Part shown: positions 36,684 through 47,338 of the stretch, piece after piece | Position numbering within the stretch: position 1 is the stretch's first letter | How the letters are laid out: every line of letters begins with the position of its first letter | Source: an uncultured Candidatus Saccharibacteria bacterium | GTDB lineage: Bacteria > Patescibacteriota > Minisyncoccia > Phycocordibacterales > CAIZLB01 | Length of the DNA: 64,000 bases | NCBI GenBank assembly: GCA_964520545.1 | Contig: CAZFOD010000004.1 | Span: 4,844-68,843, forward strand | Reading direction: 5' to 3' | Made by a program: the position numbers and the translations under genes | Notes under the pieces: model-generated | Databases searched by the model: none | What the model was told of the DNA's origin: nothing | What the model saw: the letters and a program-made list of their open reading frames with translations, nothing else

Positions 36684-36779
36684 AATTTTAAGTCACTACT
36701 ATACTCTTTTGGTACTCTCCAGTCAATCTATATTTAGCCTAAATTTAGTGTTCTGAGGTGTGTTCTTAATATAATCTTT

Positions 36780-38465
36780 TTATTGCCCTTGAAAATATTC
36801 AGGGGAATATATAGCCATCCAATCTAGGAGGCTTCTAACAGCAACAGAGGCGCTCATAGTGTTAGTTGCAGGGCCTTTTTCTAATAGCACAGCAAAGGCA
36901 TATTTTGGCTTGTCATAAGGAAAGAAACCTACAGACCATGAGTTAACATACCGCTTAAGGGTACCCAATTGAGCCGTTCCTGACTTTCCTGCTACTTCAG
37001 TAAAAGGGACATTGAGAAGCCCCATAGTTCCCTCCGTAACAGCAAGGCGCATACCCTCTCTGGCCACCCTAAAATGATCTGTATCTTTAGCTGGTATCTT
37101 CTCCTTAACAGCAGGGGCGCCAGCATTGTTTTTTAGGATAGTTGGGGTAAATAGCGTTCCATTGTTTGCAATCGCTGCTATAGACCTCACAGCCTGCGCA
37201 GGAGTGACCTGGAAGCCGTATTGGCCGATTGATGTGTTGTATGTGTCTCCAACACGCCAGATATCCCCCTCGAAGTTTTGAGCCTTCCATTCAGGAGTAG
37301 GAATGACCCCTTTCTTTCCACTGAAGAAACTGTTTTCAATAGCACGACCAAATCCAAACATCGTTGAATACTTATCAATATTGTTAATACCTAACCCCTT
37401 TTGAGATTGAAAACCTCCTCCAATCTGGTAGAAATATACGTCTGAAGAAACTGCAATGGCATGACGCATATCGGTATATCCATGAGCTTTCCAGTCATTG
37501 AAAACTGTAAACTCACCTGGCCGATATGGATTAGGAATCTTCAAAGATCCCGTACTTTCAATTTCCCTTTCAGGCGTGATTACACCTTCTTCGAGCGCAG
37601 CAAATGCAAGCATTGGTTTTACAATGGATCCTGGTGTATACAGACCAGCACTAACACGATCAAGGAAAGGATTACGATCATCAGTAAGGAATTTCTTGAT
37701 TGCTTCTGAGTCCTTACCGTCCGTCATGACACTCGAGTCATATTCGGGATATGAGACACTGGCGAGGACTTCACCAGTTTCTACATCCATTAAAATTCCT
37801 GCTCCACCATTAAACCCTGCCCTCTGTGCTAAATCTTTAATTGAGAAATATAACTGCTCTTGAATACGTGAATCTATTGAGAGATCTAAGTTCTTTCCCT
37901 TCTGCGCTGGGCGCACCATACTTTCAGAAACATGCTTACCTAAAGCATCGGTCTCCGTTATTTTAAGCCCGTTCTCACCTGTCATGAGATCATTGAAATA
38001 TTTTTCCACACCACCTCCACCTGTATATTCTGTATTGTAGTAAAATCCAAACTTATCCTTCTTCGGGTATTTTATAAACCCAATGAGATTATGAATTCCC
38101 TCCTCAGCTTTGTATTCTCGAAGTGAAAAGTCATTTTGTGTTGGATCAATAGTATTCCACGCGAGAAGAACACCATTCCTATCAGAAATGGAACCACGTT
38201 CAGAAAATATGAGACTGTGATGGAGACGGTTGTTCTCTGATATGCCATTAAACTTCGAGCCCTCAACAATCTGCAATGAAGTTAGTTTAAAGAGAAATAT
38301 TGCTGCGATTGCTATAAATATACCGCCAGTAATTTTTACCGTTCTTCTTGAGATTGGTTTTTCAATACGACCTTCAAACTGGTTGGTATCAAAATCCGGC
38401 AAATTTGAAGAATCAAGAAATATCTCATCTGGCTCTATCTCATTGCGGGAATATCGACGTATCAT
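36780..38465 (-). CDS. mrdA: penicillin-binding protein 2 (elongasome transpeptidase)
   Basis: Class B PBP with SIVKP and KSGTAQ motifs, located downstream of mreBCD. Confidence 0.8.
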   Translation of the reverse strand: MIRRYSRNEIEPDEIFLDSSNLPDFDTNQFEGRIEKPISRRTVKITGGIFIAIAAIFLFKLTSLQIVEGSKFNGISENNRLHHSLIFSERGSISDRNGVLLAWNTIDPTQNDFSLREYKAEEGIHNLIGFIKYPKKDKFGFYYNTEYTGGGGVEKYFNDLMTGENGLKITETDALGKHVSESMVRPAQKGKNLDLSIDSRIQEQLYFSIKDLAQRAGFNGGAGILMDVETGEVLASVSYPEYDSSVMTDGKDSEAIKKFLTDDRNPFLDRVSAGLYTPGSIVKPMLAFAALEEGVITPEREIESTGSLKIPNPYRPGEFTVFNDWKAHGYTDMRHAIAVSSDVYFYQIGGGFQSQKGLGINNIDKYSTMFGFGRAIENSFFSGKKGVIPTPEWKAQNFEGDIWRVGDTYNTSIGQYGFQVTPAQAVRSIAAIANNGTLFTPTILKNNAGAPAVKEKIPAKDTDHFRVAREGMRLAVTEGTMGLLNVPFTEVAGKSGTAQLGTLKRYVNSWSVGFFPYDKPKYAFAVLLEKGPATNTMSASVAVRSLLDWMAIYSPEYFQGQ

Positions 38466-38737
38466 GCACTGAATCTTACTCGTTTTTTAAGCTTTCTCAA
38501 AGCAAAGAGCATGAAGAAAGCAGTAAGAGTAAACCCGTAAGGAACGGCATGGCTAAATACATGGAAAAAGTGGCCACTGGCATAGAACGTATCAATTAAA
38601 AAACCTAGGATAATCATTTCGTAAAAATCACAATACCAACAAGCTAAGATTGCAATGAGGCAAGGCACCCACCATGGTAAAAAGAAAAGCGACAACAAGA
38701 TCGCAATATCAACGATGATTCGCTTTGAATTGGACAT
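38462..38737 (-). CDS. mreD: rod shape-determining protein MreD-like
   Basis: Small polytopic membrane protein between mreC and mrdA. Confidence 0.5.
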   Translation of the reverse strand: MSNSKRIIVDIAILLSLFFLPWWVPCLIAILACWYCDFYEMIILGFLIDTFYASGHFFHVFSHAVPYGFTLTAFFMLFALRKLKKRVRFSA

Positions 38738-39446
38738 ATCGAAGTGTATTAATATTTATCGGACTCTTAAAATATATATGTGCGTATGCATCACCATTCC
38801 CAGAATCAACAACCTCAACGCTGCCGAGTAGTATGGTCTGAATATCTGGCCAAATGACAGGATCCCCTTTTTGTATCTCAATATTCCTTGGTAGTTTTAT
38901 GTAAAAATTACCACCGCCTTGTCCTTCAGCAGAAACTGCAGTAGTGCTTGATCCGATGAGGACACTTGCTTTCTGTCCTGATGATGAGAAGAGCATAACT
39001 ACAGATCTGTTTTCAGAGACTTCGACCACCTTACCAATGGCATAGTGCATTTCAGCATATATGATATCTCCAACCAAAAGACCCATATTGTTTCCAGCAT
39101 CGATGATGATAGAGTCGTACGGACTTTGCGGAGGTCTCACAAGAACAGCTGCAAGTGTCATCTGCTCTTTGTCTGTCGATCTTCCAAGTAGTGCTTTCAA
39201 TTGTTCGTTCTCTGATTGCAATGTCGTAACGAGAGAATTCTCAGCAGATGGGCTAACAACAGCACCTCCAGTTCGAAATATCATCCCTCGAAAAGAGTAG
39301 AACGAGTTTGCAATTGGATTTCCTAAAAGATATCCAATCCCCGTAAGTATCAACACGAGTACAAGCGCAGAAAGAGTCTGGGTGATACCAAATCCCCTTC
39401 TTTGCACTGGTCTATGTAGTTTCCTATCGGGCTGATGGTAGTTCAT
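38709..39446 (-). CDS. mreC: rod shape-determining protein MreC
   Basis: N-terminal TM, coiled coil (LQSENEQLKALL) and MreC beta-domain motifs. Confidence 0.8.
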   Translation of the reverse strand: MNYHQPDRKLHRPVQRRGFGITQTLSALVLVLILTGIGYLLGNPIANSFYSFRGMIFRTGGAVVSPSAENSLVTTLQSENEQLKALLGRSTDKEQMTLAAVLVRPPQSPYDSIIIDAGNNMGLLVGDIIYAEMHYAIGKVVEVSENRSVVMLFSSSGQKASVLIGSSTTAVSAEGQGGGNFYIKLPRNIEIQKGDPVIWPDIQTILLGSVEVVDSGNGDAYAHIYFKSPININTLRYVQFKANHR

Positions 39447-40488
39447 CTTCGTTTTGAATTAGCATGTCATAGAAAGACTCGAGGTCTTCGAGGATAATAC
39501 CGGCACCTCTCGCAACAGCAGTCAAAGGATCATTAGCTAGATGCACTGGAATACCTACATACTCAGAGAGGACCTCTGGTAGACCTCGAATGAGTGCTCC
39601 TCCACCTGAAAGATGGATACCATTTCTCATAACATCAGAAAGTATTTCGGGTGGCGTTGTCTCAAGTACCTCCTTTACTGAATCAAGGAGCGTATCTATT
39701 GCAGCACCAATTGCCTCTCTCACATCCGCATCAGTGACAATAACTTCTCGTGGAAGTCCGGTGACAAGATCACGCCCACGTATCGCAGCTTCAAGCGGAG
39801 GCTGGCATGGGATGACACTCGCAATCTGTATCTTAATATCCTCAGCAGTCTTTTCTCCAATCAAAATCTTAAACTCATTTCGTATATACGACATGATGTC
39901 GCTGTTAAACTTGTCACCAGCAATCTTAAGATTTTTTGCTCGTACAATTCCTCCTAATGAAATGACAGCGATATCTGTTGTTCCGCCACCGATGTCGATA
40001 ATCATACTTCCAGTAGCTTCCCGTACAGGAAGACGAATACCGATTGCAGCAGACATTGGCTCTTCAATGATATGCACCTCTCTTGCACCTGCATTTTTAG
40101 CAGCATCACGAACCGCACGACGCTCTACGTTAGTAACTCCATAAGGCACACCAATAACAACTTTTGGACCAAGCATTTTCTTCGAAATACCTTCTGCTTT
40201 CTTGATGAGATATGAAAGCATTTCTTCTGTTACCTCAAAGTCAGAGATGACACCGTCGACAAGAGGACGTACCGCAACAATGTGTCCTGGAGTTCTTCCA
40301 AGCATTGCCTTAGCTTGTGTACCAACGGCAACCACACGTCCTGTCTTTTGATTTACAGCAACAACTGATGGTTCATTTATGATCACACCTCTTCCAGAAA
40401 CATACACAAGCGTATTAGCAGTACCGAGGTCGATACCGATGTCGTTGGAAGCCATCTTAAAGAATTTTTTTCGTAAATTGTTGAACAT
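39424..40488 (-). CDS. mreB: rod shape-determining protein MreB
   Basis: MFNNLRKKFFKMASNDIGIDLGTANTLVYV... matches the actin-fold MreB consensus. Confidence 0.95.
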   Translation of the reverse strand: MFNNLRKKFFKMASNDIGIDLGTANTLVYVSGRGVIINEPSVVAVNQKTGRVVAVGTQAKAMLGRTPGHIVAVRPLVDGVISDFEVTEEMLSYLIKKAEGISKKMLGPKVVIGVPYGVTNVERRAVRDAAKNAGAREVHIIEEPMSAAIGIRLPVREATGSMIIDIGGGTTDIAVISLGGIVRAKNLKIAGDKFNSDIMSYIRNEFKILIGEKTAEDIKIQIASVIPCQPPLEAAIRGRDLVTGLPREVIVTDADVREAIGAAIDTLLDSVKEVLETTPPEILSDVMRNGIHLSGGGALIRGLPEVLSEYVGIPVHLANDPLTAVARGAGIILEDLESFYDMLIQNEDELPSAR

Positions 40489-40492
40489 AGTA

Positions 40493-41773
40493 TTACTGAG
40501 CGTTCCGAACCAGATTCATACGTACAAGGATTTCATCTGAAGCAACGTGAGTGACTTCTCCAGACTTTCGATCTTTCACTTCGAGCAACATTTTTCCATC
40601 TGGACCAACTGTATTCTTGTCACTTACTACAATGCGAGTTGGTAATCCAATGAGATCTGCATCGTTTAGCTTCTCTCCTGCTCGTGCGTGTGCACGGTCG
40701 TCATAGAGTACTTCAAAACCAGCGTCCTGAAGTTCTTGATACAGTTTGTCAGCTCGAGAAGCGGCATCGTCTGAACCAGATATATGTACAAGGTGAATAT
40801 CAAATGGAGCAACACTTCTTGGCCAAATGATTCCAGCCTCATCATTCGATGCCTCTACAATTGCACCCATGAGCCGAGGTACACCGATGCCATAGCTTCC
40901 CATGATGACAGGTTGCATACTTCCGTCTTCTGCTTGGAATGACAATCCTAAAGGTTCAGAAAACTTTGTTCCGAGATTAAATATATTTCCAACCTCTACT
41001 GCTTTTTCTTCAACGAGGTCTTCTCTTTTGAGATCAAGTTGTGCAAGCACCTCGTCGGTAAGCACCTCTTGATTTATGGCAATATTCTTTTTCTTGTCGA
41101 CGAAGATAGAATCTTCTCCTGCATCAGTAAGCATTTGAAACTCATGTGAAAATTGTGCAAATGACCCGCCTGATGCAAAAGTAACAAATGTCTTATCTCC
41201 AATACCCGCTTTCTGAAATATCTTCACATATGCCTCTTTTGCCTTTTCATAGAACTGAGCACGGCCATCTTCTGTAGCAGAAAAAGAATAAAGGTCTTTC
41301 ATAAGAAATTCCCTTCCTCGGAGAATACCGCTTTTTGCTCGCTTTTCGTTTCGGAACTTTGTCTGGAATTGATATATGTACGCAGGAAGATCTCGGAAAG
41401 ATCGAATGTGATCTTTAAGAACTGTTGTGAGAGGCTCTTCGTGAGTGAAGCCGAGACCAAGCTCAGTATCATTCTTCAACTTTGTCTTAAACCAGTTATC
41501 AACAACAGCATCATCCCATCGCCCAGTCTTTGTCCACATTTCCTTTTCCTGAAGTGATGCGAGAGAAACTTCTTGACCACCAATTGCATTCATCTCATCA
41601 CGAATGATTGTTTTAATCTTTTCGATTACTCGTTCTCCAAGTGGTAGGTAGGAATATACGCCAGCCTGCATCTTTTGAATAAATCCGGCACGAATAAGGA
41701 GCTGCGCATTCTTTGAAGTCTCATCTTTTGGAGCTTCTCGACGGGTCTTTGTAAAGAGGTGTGATTGGCGCAT
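40493..41773 (-). CDS. proS: prolyl-tRNA synthetase (short form, no editing insertion)
   Basis: N-terminus MRQSHLFTKTRREAPKDETSKNAQLLIRAGFIQKMQAGVYSYLPLGERV with class II motifs; 426 aa. Confidence 0.9.
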   Translation of the reverse strand: MRQSHLFTKTRREAPKDETSKNAQLLIRAGFIQKMQAGVYSYLPLGERVIEKIKTIIRDEMNAIGGQEVSLASLQEKEMWTKTGRWDDAVVDNWFKTKLKNDTELGLGFTHEEPLTTVLKDHIRSFRDLPAYIYQFQTKFRNEKRAKSGILRGREFLMKDLYSFSATEDGRAQFYEKAKEAYVKIFQKAGIGDKTFVTFASGGSFAQFSHEFQMLTDAGEDSIFVDKKKNIAINQEVLTDEVLAQLDLKREDLVEEKAVEVGNIFNLGTKFSEPLGLSFQAEDGSMQPVIMGSYGIGVPRLMGAIVEASNDEAGIIWPRSVAPFDIHLVHISGSDDAASRADKLYQELQDAGFEVLYDDRAHARAGEKLNDADLIGLPTRIVVSDKNTVGPDGKMLLEVKDRKSGEVTHVASDEILVRMNLVRNAQ

Positions 41774-41826
41774 AGTTGCCCTATTCTATAGAAAAACAAA
41801 GGAGGACACAACTAACCAGTTCCTAG

Positions 41827-42906
41827 CTAGAAGAACCTGGAAATATCCTTGAAGGTAACCAATATCATGAGCAGTATGAGGAAGCAGAATCCAATGACAT
41901 TAACCCAATTGATGACAGAGGGCTTAAGGGGTCGTCGTATGATGGCCTCTATTGCAACAACTACTAGTCGCCCGCCATCTAGAGCTGGAAATGGCACAAG
42001 GTTTATAGCAGCAAGGTTTACTGAAATCACTGCTGTTATGGTAATGAGATATGCAATGCCCATTCGTGAAGCTTCACCGACAACACCCGCAATACCAACA
42101 GGGCCACTCACATCTTTAAAGTTTGCCTGGCCTATGAATATGTTTCCGATGAAAGTAGAAAGTCCTTTAACTACGTTTACTGAAAGATGATATGTCTGGA
42201 TGGCACCAAAATACAAAGCAGAGAAAGGATTCATTCTAATCGTTCCAACTTCACTCATTGAAATGCCGATTGCCTTCTTCCCTTCAACAATTCCAGGCTT
42301 AGGAACGACAGTTGCAGATTTAGTCTCTCTGTTTTCTGTATATGTCACAGCAATCTGACTACTTGTTGCAATGAGATCTTGAACTGATGCAATGGTAAGA
42401 GATGAGGTGGCAAGAGTTACACCGGCGCCATACACACTAACAAGTTCAATTCCAGGCTTAAGACCTGCCAACGCTGCAGGGCTATCAGCAGATACAAAAT
42501 CAATGACCACAGACCGGTCTTTAACCGAAGATGTTGGGAAACCTTCAGTTGTTGTCTTTGTACCAATGCTTAGTGAAAGTGAGATGAGAAGCCATGCGAA
42601 GATGACATTGAAAGTAACTCCTGCAACAAGAACAATTGCCTGCTGCCATCGAGGCTTAGAAAGAATACTGTCAGATGTCACTTCATCATCAGGGCTTTCT
42701 CCAAATATACGAACATACCCTCCTAGTGGCAAAAGATTAATTGCATACCGAGTCTTACCCCATACCCTACTCCAGATTTGTGGAGGAAAACCAACGGCAA
42801 ATTCATCTACTCGAATTCCGAATAGTCTTGCCGCTAGAAAATGTCCGAGTTCATGAACAAATACAAGGATTGTGAGGACTATGAGAAAGATTATTGTTGT
42901 GAGCAT
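41827..42906 (-). CDS. rseP: RIP metalloprotease RseP (site-2 protease, M50) with PDZ domain
   Basis: HELGHF zinc motif in TM1, PDZ domain and C-terminal TM helices. Confidence 0.9.
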   Translation of the reverse strand: MLTTIIFLIVLTILVFVHELGHFLAARLFGIRVDEFAVGFPPQIWSRVWGKTRYAINLLPLGGYVRIFGESPDDEVTSDSILSKPRWQQAIVLVAGVTFNVIFAWLLISLSLSIGTKTTTEGFPTSSVKDRSVVIDFVSADSPAALAGLKPGIELVSVYGAGVTLATSSLTIASVQDLIATSSQIAVTYTENRETKSATVVPKPGIVEGKKAIGISMSEVGTIRMNPFSALYFGAIQTYHLSVNVVKGLSTFIGNIFIGQANFKDVSGPVGIAGVVGEASRMGIAYLITITAVISVNLAAINLVPFPALDGGRLVVVAIEAIIRRPLKPSVINWVNVIGFCFLILLMILVTFKDISRFF

Positions 42907-42908
42907 TA

Positions 42909-43460
42909 TTATATTGAGATTTCCTGCTCCTTTTTGTTGAATAGCTCCTCAAGCTTTCTTGAACCTTCCTGTACATGCTTTTCCATTTCTGCCTTGTTTC
43001 GCATCATTTCATCCTCTCCCATTTCTCCATTCTTCTTCTTTTCATTAAGGTCATCAGAAACTTCACTTCGCTCTCGTCGAATTGCAACACGAGCATCTTC
43101 AAGCTTCTCTTTTGCAACCTTTACCAACTGCTGCCTTCTTTCTCCTGTAAGTTCTGGGAAGATGACACGAACACCTTTGTCGTCTACAGCGACAGATACA
43201 CCGAGATTTGATGCGGTGATAGCTCGTTCAATTGCCTGTGTCTGAGATGAATCCCATGGAGAGATTCGGATAGTCTTTGCATCCTCAGTTGAGATGTTTG
43301 CCAAAGAGTTTATGGGCATTTCTGTGCCATATGATTCTACCTTTATACCATCAAGGAAAGCAGTTGAGGCCCTACCTGTACGAATCCCTGCAAACTCACG
43401 AGTAAGCCAATCTTGAGTCTCTTTAATCTTCTGTTGTAGTTTGGAAAAATTATATGCCAT
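42909..43460 (-). CDS. frr: ribosome recycling factor
   Basis: MAYNFSKLQQKIKETQDWLTREFAGIRTGRAS... matches the RRF consensus; start at the internal ATG 43460. Confidence 0.9.
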   Translation of the reverse strand: MAYNFSKLQQKIKETQDWLTREFAGIRTGRASTAFLDGIKVESYGTEMPINSLANISTEDAKTIRISPWDSSQTQAIERAITASNLGVSVAVDDKGVRVIFPELTGERRQQLVKVAKEKLEDARVAIRRERSEVSDDLNEKKKNGEMGEDEMMRNKAEMEKHVQEGSRKLEELFNKKEQEISI

Positions 43461-43541
43461 ATGGGACGATTTTAGCATGTTTGATACACAAAACAAAACC
43501 CGTCGCCACCTGGCAACGGGTTTTAGCTTCCTCACGGTAGA

Positions 43542-43790
43542 TTAGCCAGGGTTGCCAATCTTGATACGGAAACGCGGTTCGTGATCGAGGTGGCCGATGC
43601 GAGTGGCGCGGTACATTATTTTGTCGATGCGACGAACGTTGTGAGTCTCTCCGCCAGCCGAGGAGCAATAGACGACCTTTTCGGGAATTTCTTCTTTTCC
43701 AATGACAACGACGGCGTCATAGGCATAGCCTGGAGTGGGAAGAATCATAGAGATTTGAGGTTGAGATGTGCTATTCATAGACAGTTCCAT
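43542..43790 (-). CDS. hypothetical protein
   Basis: 82-aa ORF with a terminator hairpin at about 43497-43530 downstream; function unknown. Confidence 0.3.
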   Translation of the reverse strand: MELSMNSTSQPQISMILPTPGYAYDAVVVIGKEEIPEKVVYCSSAGGETHNVRRIDKIMYRATRIGHLDHEPRFRIKIGNPG

Positions 43791-43871
43791 CAGAATTTAT
43801 CGGGATTAACCACACAACGTTATTGTTGTCCTAAAAAGGATATATCACCGCATGGCATTCTCGTCAACGGT

Positions 43872-44972
43872 TTACCGCAGTGTGATAAGCATAATCTCAG
43901 AATCAGTACCTACCCTCATTGGAGGACCCCATGTACCGACACCACTTGTCGTAATGACCTTAAGACTAGAATCTGTTCCGAATGAATTGAGACCATAATC
44001 GAATCCTTTAAAGATTAGCTTTGGTATGTAGCTAAAAGGATACATCTGCGCGCGATGAGTGTGACCTGAGACCTGGAGAGATATACCAGCTTCGTACGGT
44101 ATTTCAAGTAAGTTTGGTTGGTGTTTTATTAAAATCGAAGCAACTCCCCTATCTATATCCAAACCTTCAATAACCTTACTAAAAGTCTCTCTGTTAGTAG
44201 ATGTCGTATCGTCTACGCCGATGATTTGTAGACCATCAACAACAATCATTTCATCATTCAATACCTTAATGCCTGTTCCTGATACGGCAGAAAGAAACTT
44301 TGAGTTATCTCTAAAGTTCTCATGGTTTCCTGTGGCAAAGTAAGTTCCAAAAGGTGTACGTAATGCGCGAAGAGGCTCAATAATATCTACTTCATCAACC
44401 TTCACTCCATCATAGAGATCCCCTGGCATCAAAACGATATCAGGTGACAGTGAATTAATCTTCTCAACTACCTTAGTGGCAAATGCTTTAGAATTCACTT
44501 GGCCCAGATGCATATCTGCAACTAAAACTAATCTTCTCCCCTTCCAGCTTTCTGGAAGGTTAGGCACCTCAACATTTATTTCCGATACAACGATCTGTCG
44601 TGCGTGAAAGAGACCATATATTCCACCAATGACTGATACAGCGATTAATATCATTCCAACAATATTCACCGGCTTATCAAACAACTTTGCGAATAATGTG
44701 CAAAGGGAAAATACAACAGACGAAATGAAGAGATATCCCAGAAAGCCAAGCCATGTTACTGAGAGCGTATACAAAGTTCTACTCAGCATATTGTTAAAAT
44801 TAGAGGCAAAGATTGCAGACAATATGAATGAAACAGCAAGGACTACAAAAACACTACGCATTACAACCAAAGCGCTACCTCCCGATATTGCAAATGTAAC
44901 AATGAACATCTTGTAAACAGCGAGATGTACCAAGAAAACTATAGCGGTAACAATTGAAATGAATATGATCAT
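43872..44972 (-). CDS. membrane-anchored metallophosphoesterase (YkuE-like)
   Basis: Four N-terminal TM helices followed by the calcineurin-like motifs VLVADMHLG, GDLYDG, GNHE and GHTH. Confidence 0.8.
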   Translation of the reverse strand: MIIFISIVTAIVFLVHLAVYKMFIVTFAISGGSALVVMRSVFVVLAVSFILSAIFASNFNNMLSRTLYTLSVTWLGFLGYLFISSVVFSLCTLFAKLFDKPVNIVGMILIAVSVIGGIYGLFHARQIVVSEINVEVPNLPESWKGRRLVLVADMHLGQVNSKAFATKVVEKINSLSPDIVLMPGDLYDGVKVDEVDIIEPLRALRTPFGTYFATGNHENFRDNSKFLSAVSGTGIKVLNDEMIVVDGLQIIGVDDTTSTNRETFSKVIEGLDIDRGVASILIKHQPNLLEIPYEAGISLQVSGHTHRAQMYPFSYIPKLIFKGFDYGLNSFGTDSSLKVITTSGVGTWGPPMRVGTDSEIMLITLR

Positions 44973-45679
44973 ATTTTTTTAATTCTAAGTGAAATGTATT
45001 CCAGTATCATTTTTATTGAACTCGATGGATCACGGAGATAATCAGAGGCTCGTGCAATGACAGAAAGATTATCAGCACTCTTGTCTTTCGAATGAGCGGA
45101 TTCCAGAACAGCTGACACAAACTGGAATATATCTTCCTTAGTTACCCGCTCCTTATCAAGATCAGCAATCATTTCTTTAACCATATCGAGGCGGAGTGAA
45201 ACTGAAGATGAAAGAAATTTCTTCACGCGTGGATCATGTGACTCTTCTCCTCCTCCAATATCGATGACGTGTACACGTGATAGGACTGTAGGAAGTAACA
45301 TTGAGACTGTAGGAAATGCAATGAAGAAGTGAGTGTTAGCAGTAGGTTCTTCAATCATCTTAAGAATGCTGTTTTGTGCCTGCATACTAATTCCGTTTCC
45401 TAGTATTACTATCACCTTCTTTGGCCCAATGGGAACTCTTTGATGCATTGAAATGGCATCTTGTAGATCTTCAATACCAATAGAACCATATTCCCCAACG
45501 AATACGTCGGGGTTTCCCTGAAAAGGAATCTTCATTTTCTCCACAACAAACTTTTCAATCTCCGTCTTTGCCTTTGCTAAAGATTCAGAGGTTATGACAT
45601 ATGCGTGATGGAGTTTCGATGGGTCAAGTTGAAGAGAAAGCATGTGGGTATTGTACATGGAAAACGCGGAAGCATACAT
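44969..45679 (-). CDS. holB: DNA polymerase III delta-prime-like subunit (clamp loader, degenerate P-loop)
   Basis: NSILKMIEEP...FFIAFPTVSMLLPTVLSRV corresponds to the sensor/SRC region of delta'; the P-loop is absent, as is typical for delta'. Confidence 0.6.
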   Translation of the reverse strand: MYASAFSMYNTHMLSLQLDPSKLHHAYVITSESLAKAKTEIEKFVVEKMKIPFQGNPDVFVGEYGSIGIEDLQDAISMHQRVPIGPKKVIVILGNGISMQAQNSILKMIEEPTANTHFFIAFPTVSMLLPTVLSRVHVIDIGGGEESHDPRVKKFLSSSVSLRLDMVKEMIADLDKERVTKEDIFQFVSAVLESAHSKDKSADNLSVIARASDYLRDPSSSIKMILEYISLRIKKI

Positions 45680-45700
45680 GCAAACGCCCCACTTAGTCCT

Positions 45701-46732
45701 TTATCTCTTCGCAATTATAGTCTTCTTGTACGTATCCAAATGCTCAAGTGCAATACCTGTTCCTTTAGCAACACAATACAAAGCATCTTTAGCGAGAGCC
45801 GCTTTCACACCAGTGCGTCGAAATACCAATTCAGGAAGATTACGAAGCTGAGAAGATCCACCAGTCATGATGATGCCGTGGTCAATGATATCTGAAGCTA
45901 GTTCCGGAGGAGTTTCCTGAAGTACATCTTTAATTGCTTTCACCATGTCCCTGAGTTCTTTGCTTATAGCCTTCACAATCTCATTTGTCTTAATATCAAC
46001 CGAACGAGGAAGACCTGTAAGGAAATCTCTTCCTTTAATAGTCATTGTAAGTTCTTCTTCCACTGGTACCGCTGATCCAATATTTATCTTAATATCCTCC
46101 GCTGTCTTGTCTCCAATACCTAGGTTATATGTTTTTTTAATAAAGTCAGCGATTGCAGCATCAATTCGATTACCAGCACACTTAACTGATGTGCATGCAA
46201 CAATTCCTCCCAAAGAGATTACGGCAACATCAGTTGTACCTCCACCAATGTCGACAATCATATGTCCTACCGCTTCTTGAATTGAAATACCAGCACCGAT
46301 AGCAGCAAGAATTGGTTCCTTAACAACGTATGCATTCTTAGCACCTGCTTTTATTGCAGCTTCAATTACTGCACGTCTTTCAGTTGATGTCACTCCAGCA
46401 GGAACTGACACCATAACTTCAGGTTTCCAAATATTCCATCTTCCCAATGCTTTGTTTATAAAATACCGGAGCATCGCTTCTGTTACTCGATAGTCAGCGA
46501 TAACACCATCTTTCATCGGGCGATATGCAATGATGCTGTCCGGTGTCTTACCAATCATATCTTTTGCATCATTACCTACAGCTAGAATCTGGTTATCCTG
46601 CTCGGACACGGCAACAACAGAAGGTTCGTTGAGTACAATTCCCTTCCCTGGTAAAAACACGAGCGTGTTAGCTGTACCAAGATCTATCCCGAGTTTTTTA
46701 GAAAACATTCCCATGAGGCAATGATACAGCAA
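45701..46732 (-). CDS. MreB paralog (Mbl-like actin homolog)
   Basis: MGMFSKKLGIDLGTANTLVFLPGKGIVLNEPSVVAV... is a second full-length MreB-family protein. Confidence 0.9.
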   Translation of the reverse strand: MLYHCLMGMFSKKLGIDLGTANTLVFLPGKGIVLNEPSVVAVSEQDNQILAVGNDAKDMIGKTPDSIIAYRPMKDGVIADYRVTEAMLRYFINKALGRWNIWKPEVMVSVPAGVTSTERRAVIEAAIKAGAKNAYVVKEPILAAIGAGISIQEAVGHMIVDIGGGTTDVAVISLGGIVACTSVKCAGNRIDAAIADFIKKTYNLGIGDKTAEDIKINIGSAVPVEEELTMTIKGRDFLTGLPRSVDIKTNEIVKAISKELRDMVKAIKDVLQETPPELASDIIDHGIIMTGGSSQLRNLPELVFRRTGVKAALAKDALYCVAKGTGIALEHLDTYKKTIIAKR

Positions 46733-46821
46733 AGCAAGGTTGCTATCAATTTATGAAAAAACCGCCGTTCACACCCCTGTAGGTGCAAACGGCGGAATTT
46801 GGAGTTGCTTGGGTTGGGACC

Positions 46822-47193
46822 TTAAGCAGCAGCCTTTTCGGAAACCCAGCTCAGGGCGTCCACGATGTGTTGTGCTCCGGCCCGGAGTCGAAACATCGCC
46901 TCGTTGGTACTGACATATTCCGGGATGATTTCGCCGCCGGAGGCCCGTAGGTCATCACGGAACATGAGTGACTTGGCAACGGTTTCGACGATGTCCTCGA
47001 CGCCGTAGATCGTTCCGTCGATCATCGATTCGATCACGTTCACATACTGGCTATGTGCAGACTCCTCGGTCAGGATGACCTTACGGTCGCGCAGCACGCA
47101 AATGGCCACGACGTGGGTAACGATCATGGAATTGTTTTTTTGTGGGTCACCATCGCGAGTGATTCCGAGCAGGTAGCGATTGATTTTAATCAT
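46822..47193 (-). CDS. hypothetical protein (GC-rich)
   Basis: 123 aa with a terminator hairpin at about 46752-46790 downstream; no confident family assignment. Confidence 0.4.
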   Translation of the reverse strand: MIKINRYLLGITRDGDPQKNNSMIVTHVVAICVLRDRKVILTEESAHSQYVNVIESMIDGTIYGVEDIVETVAKSLMFRDDLRASGGEIIPEYVSTNEAMFRLRAGAQHIVDALSWVSEKAAA

Positions 47194-47338
47194 GTCTGTT
47201 GTTGGATTTCTGAATGTTCAAGTTTCCTCGTCGAGCTCATGGAATACAAACTCGTTGAAAACGTTTGACATTATGCAACAAGATACAATATATAGCAACC
47301 CACTCGTAAAACGGCTTAAAATCTGACAATATATACGT

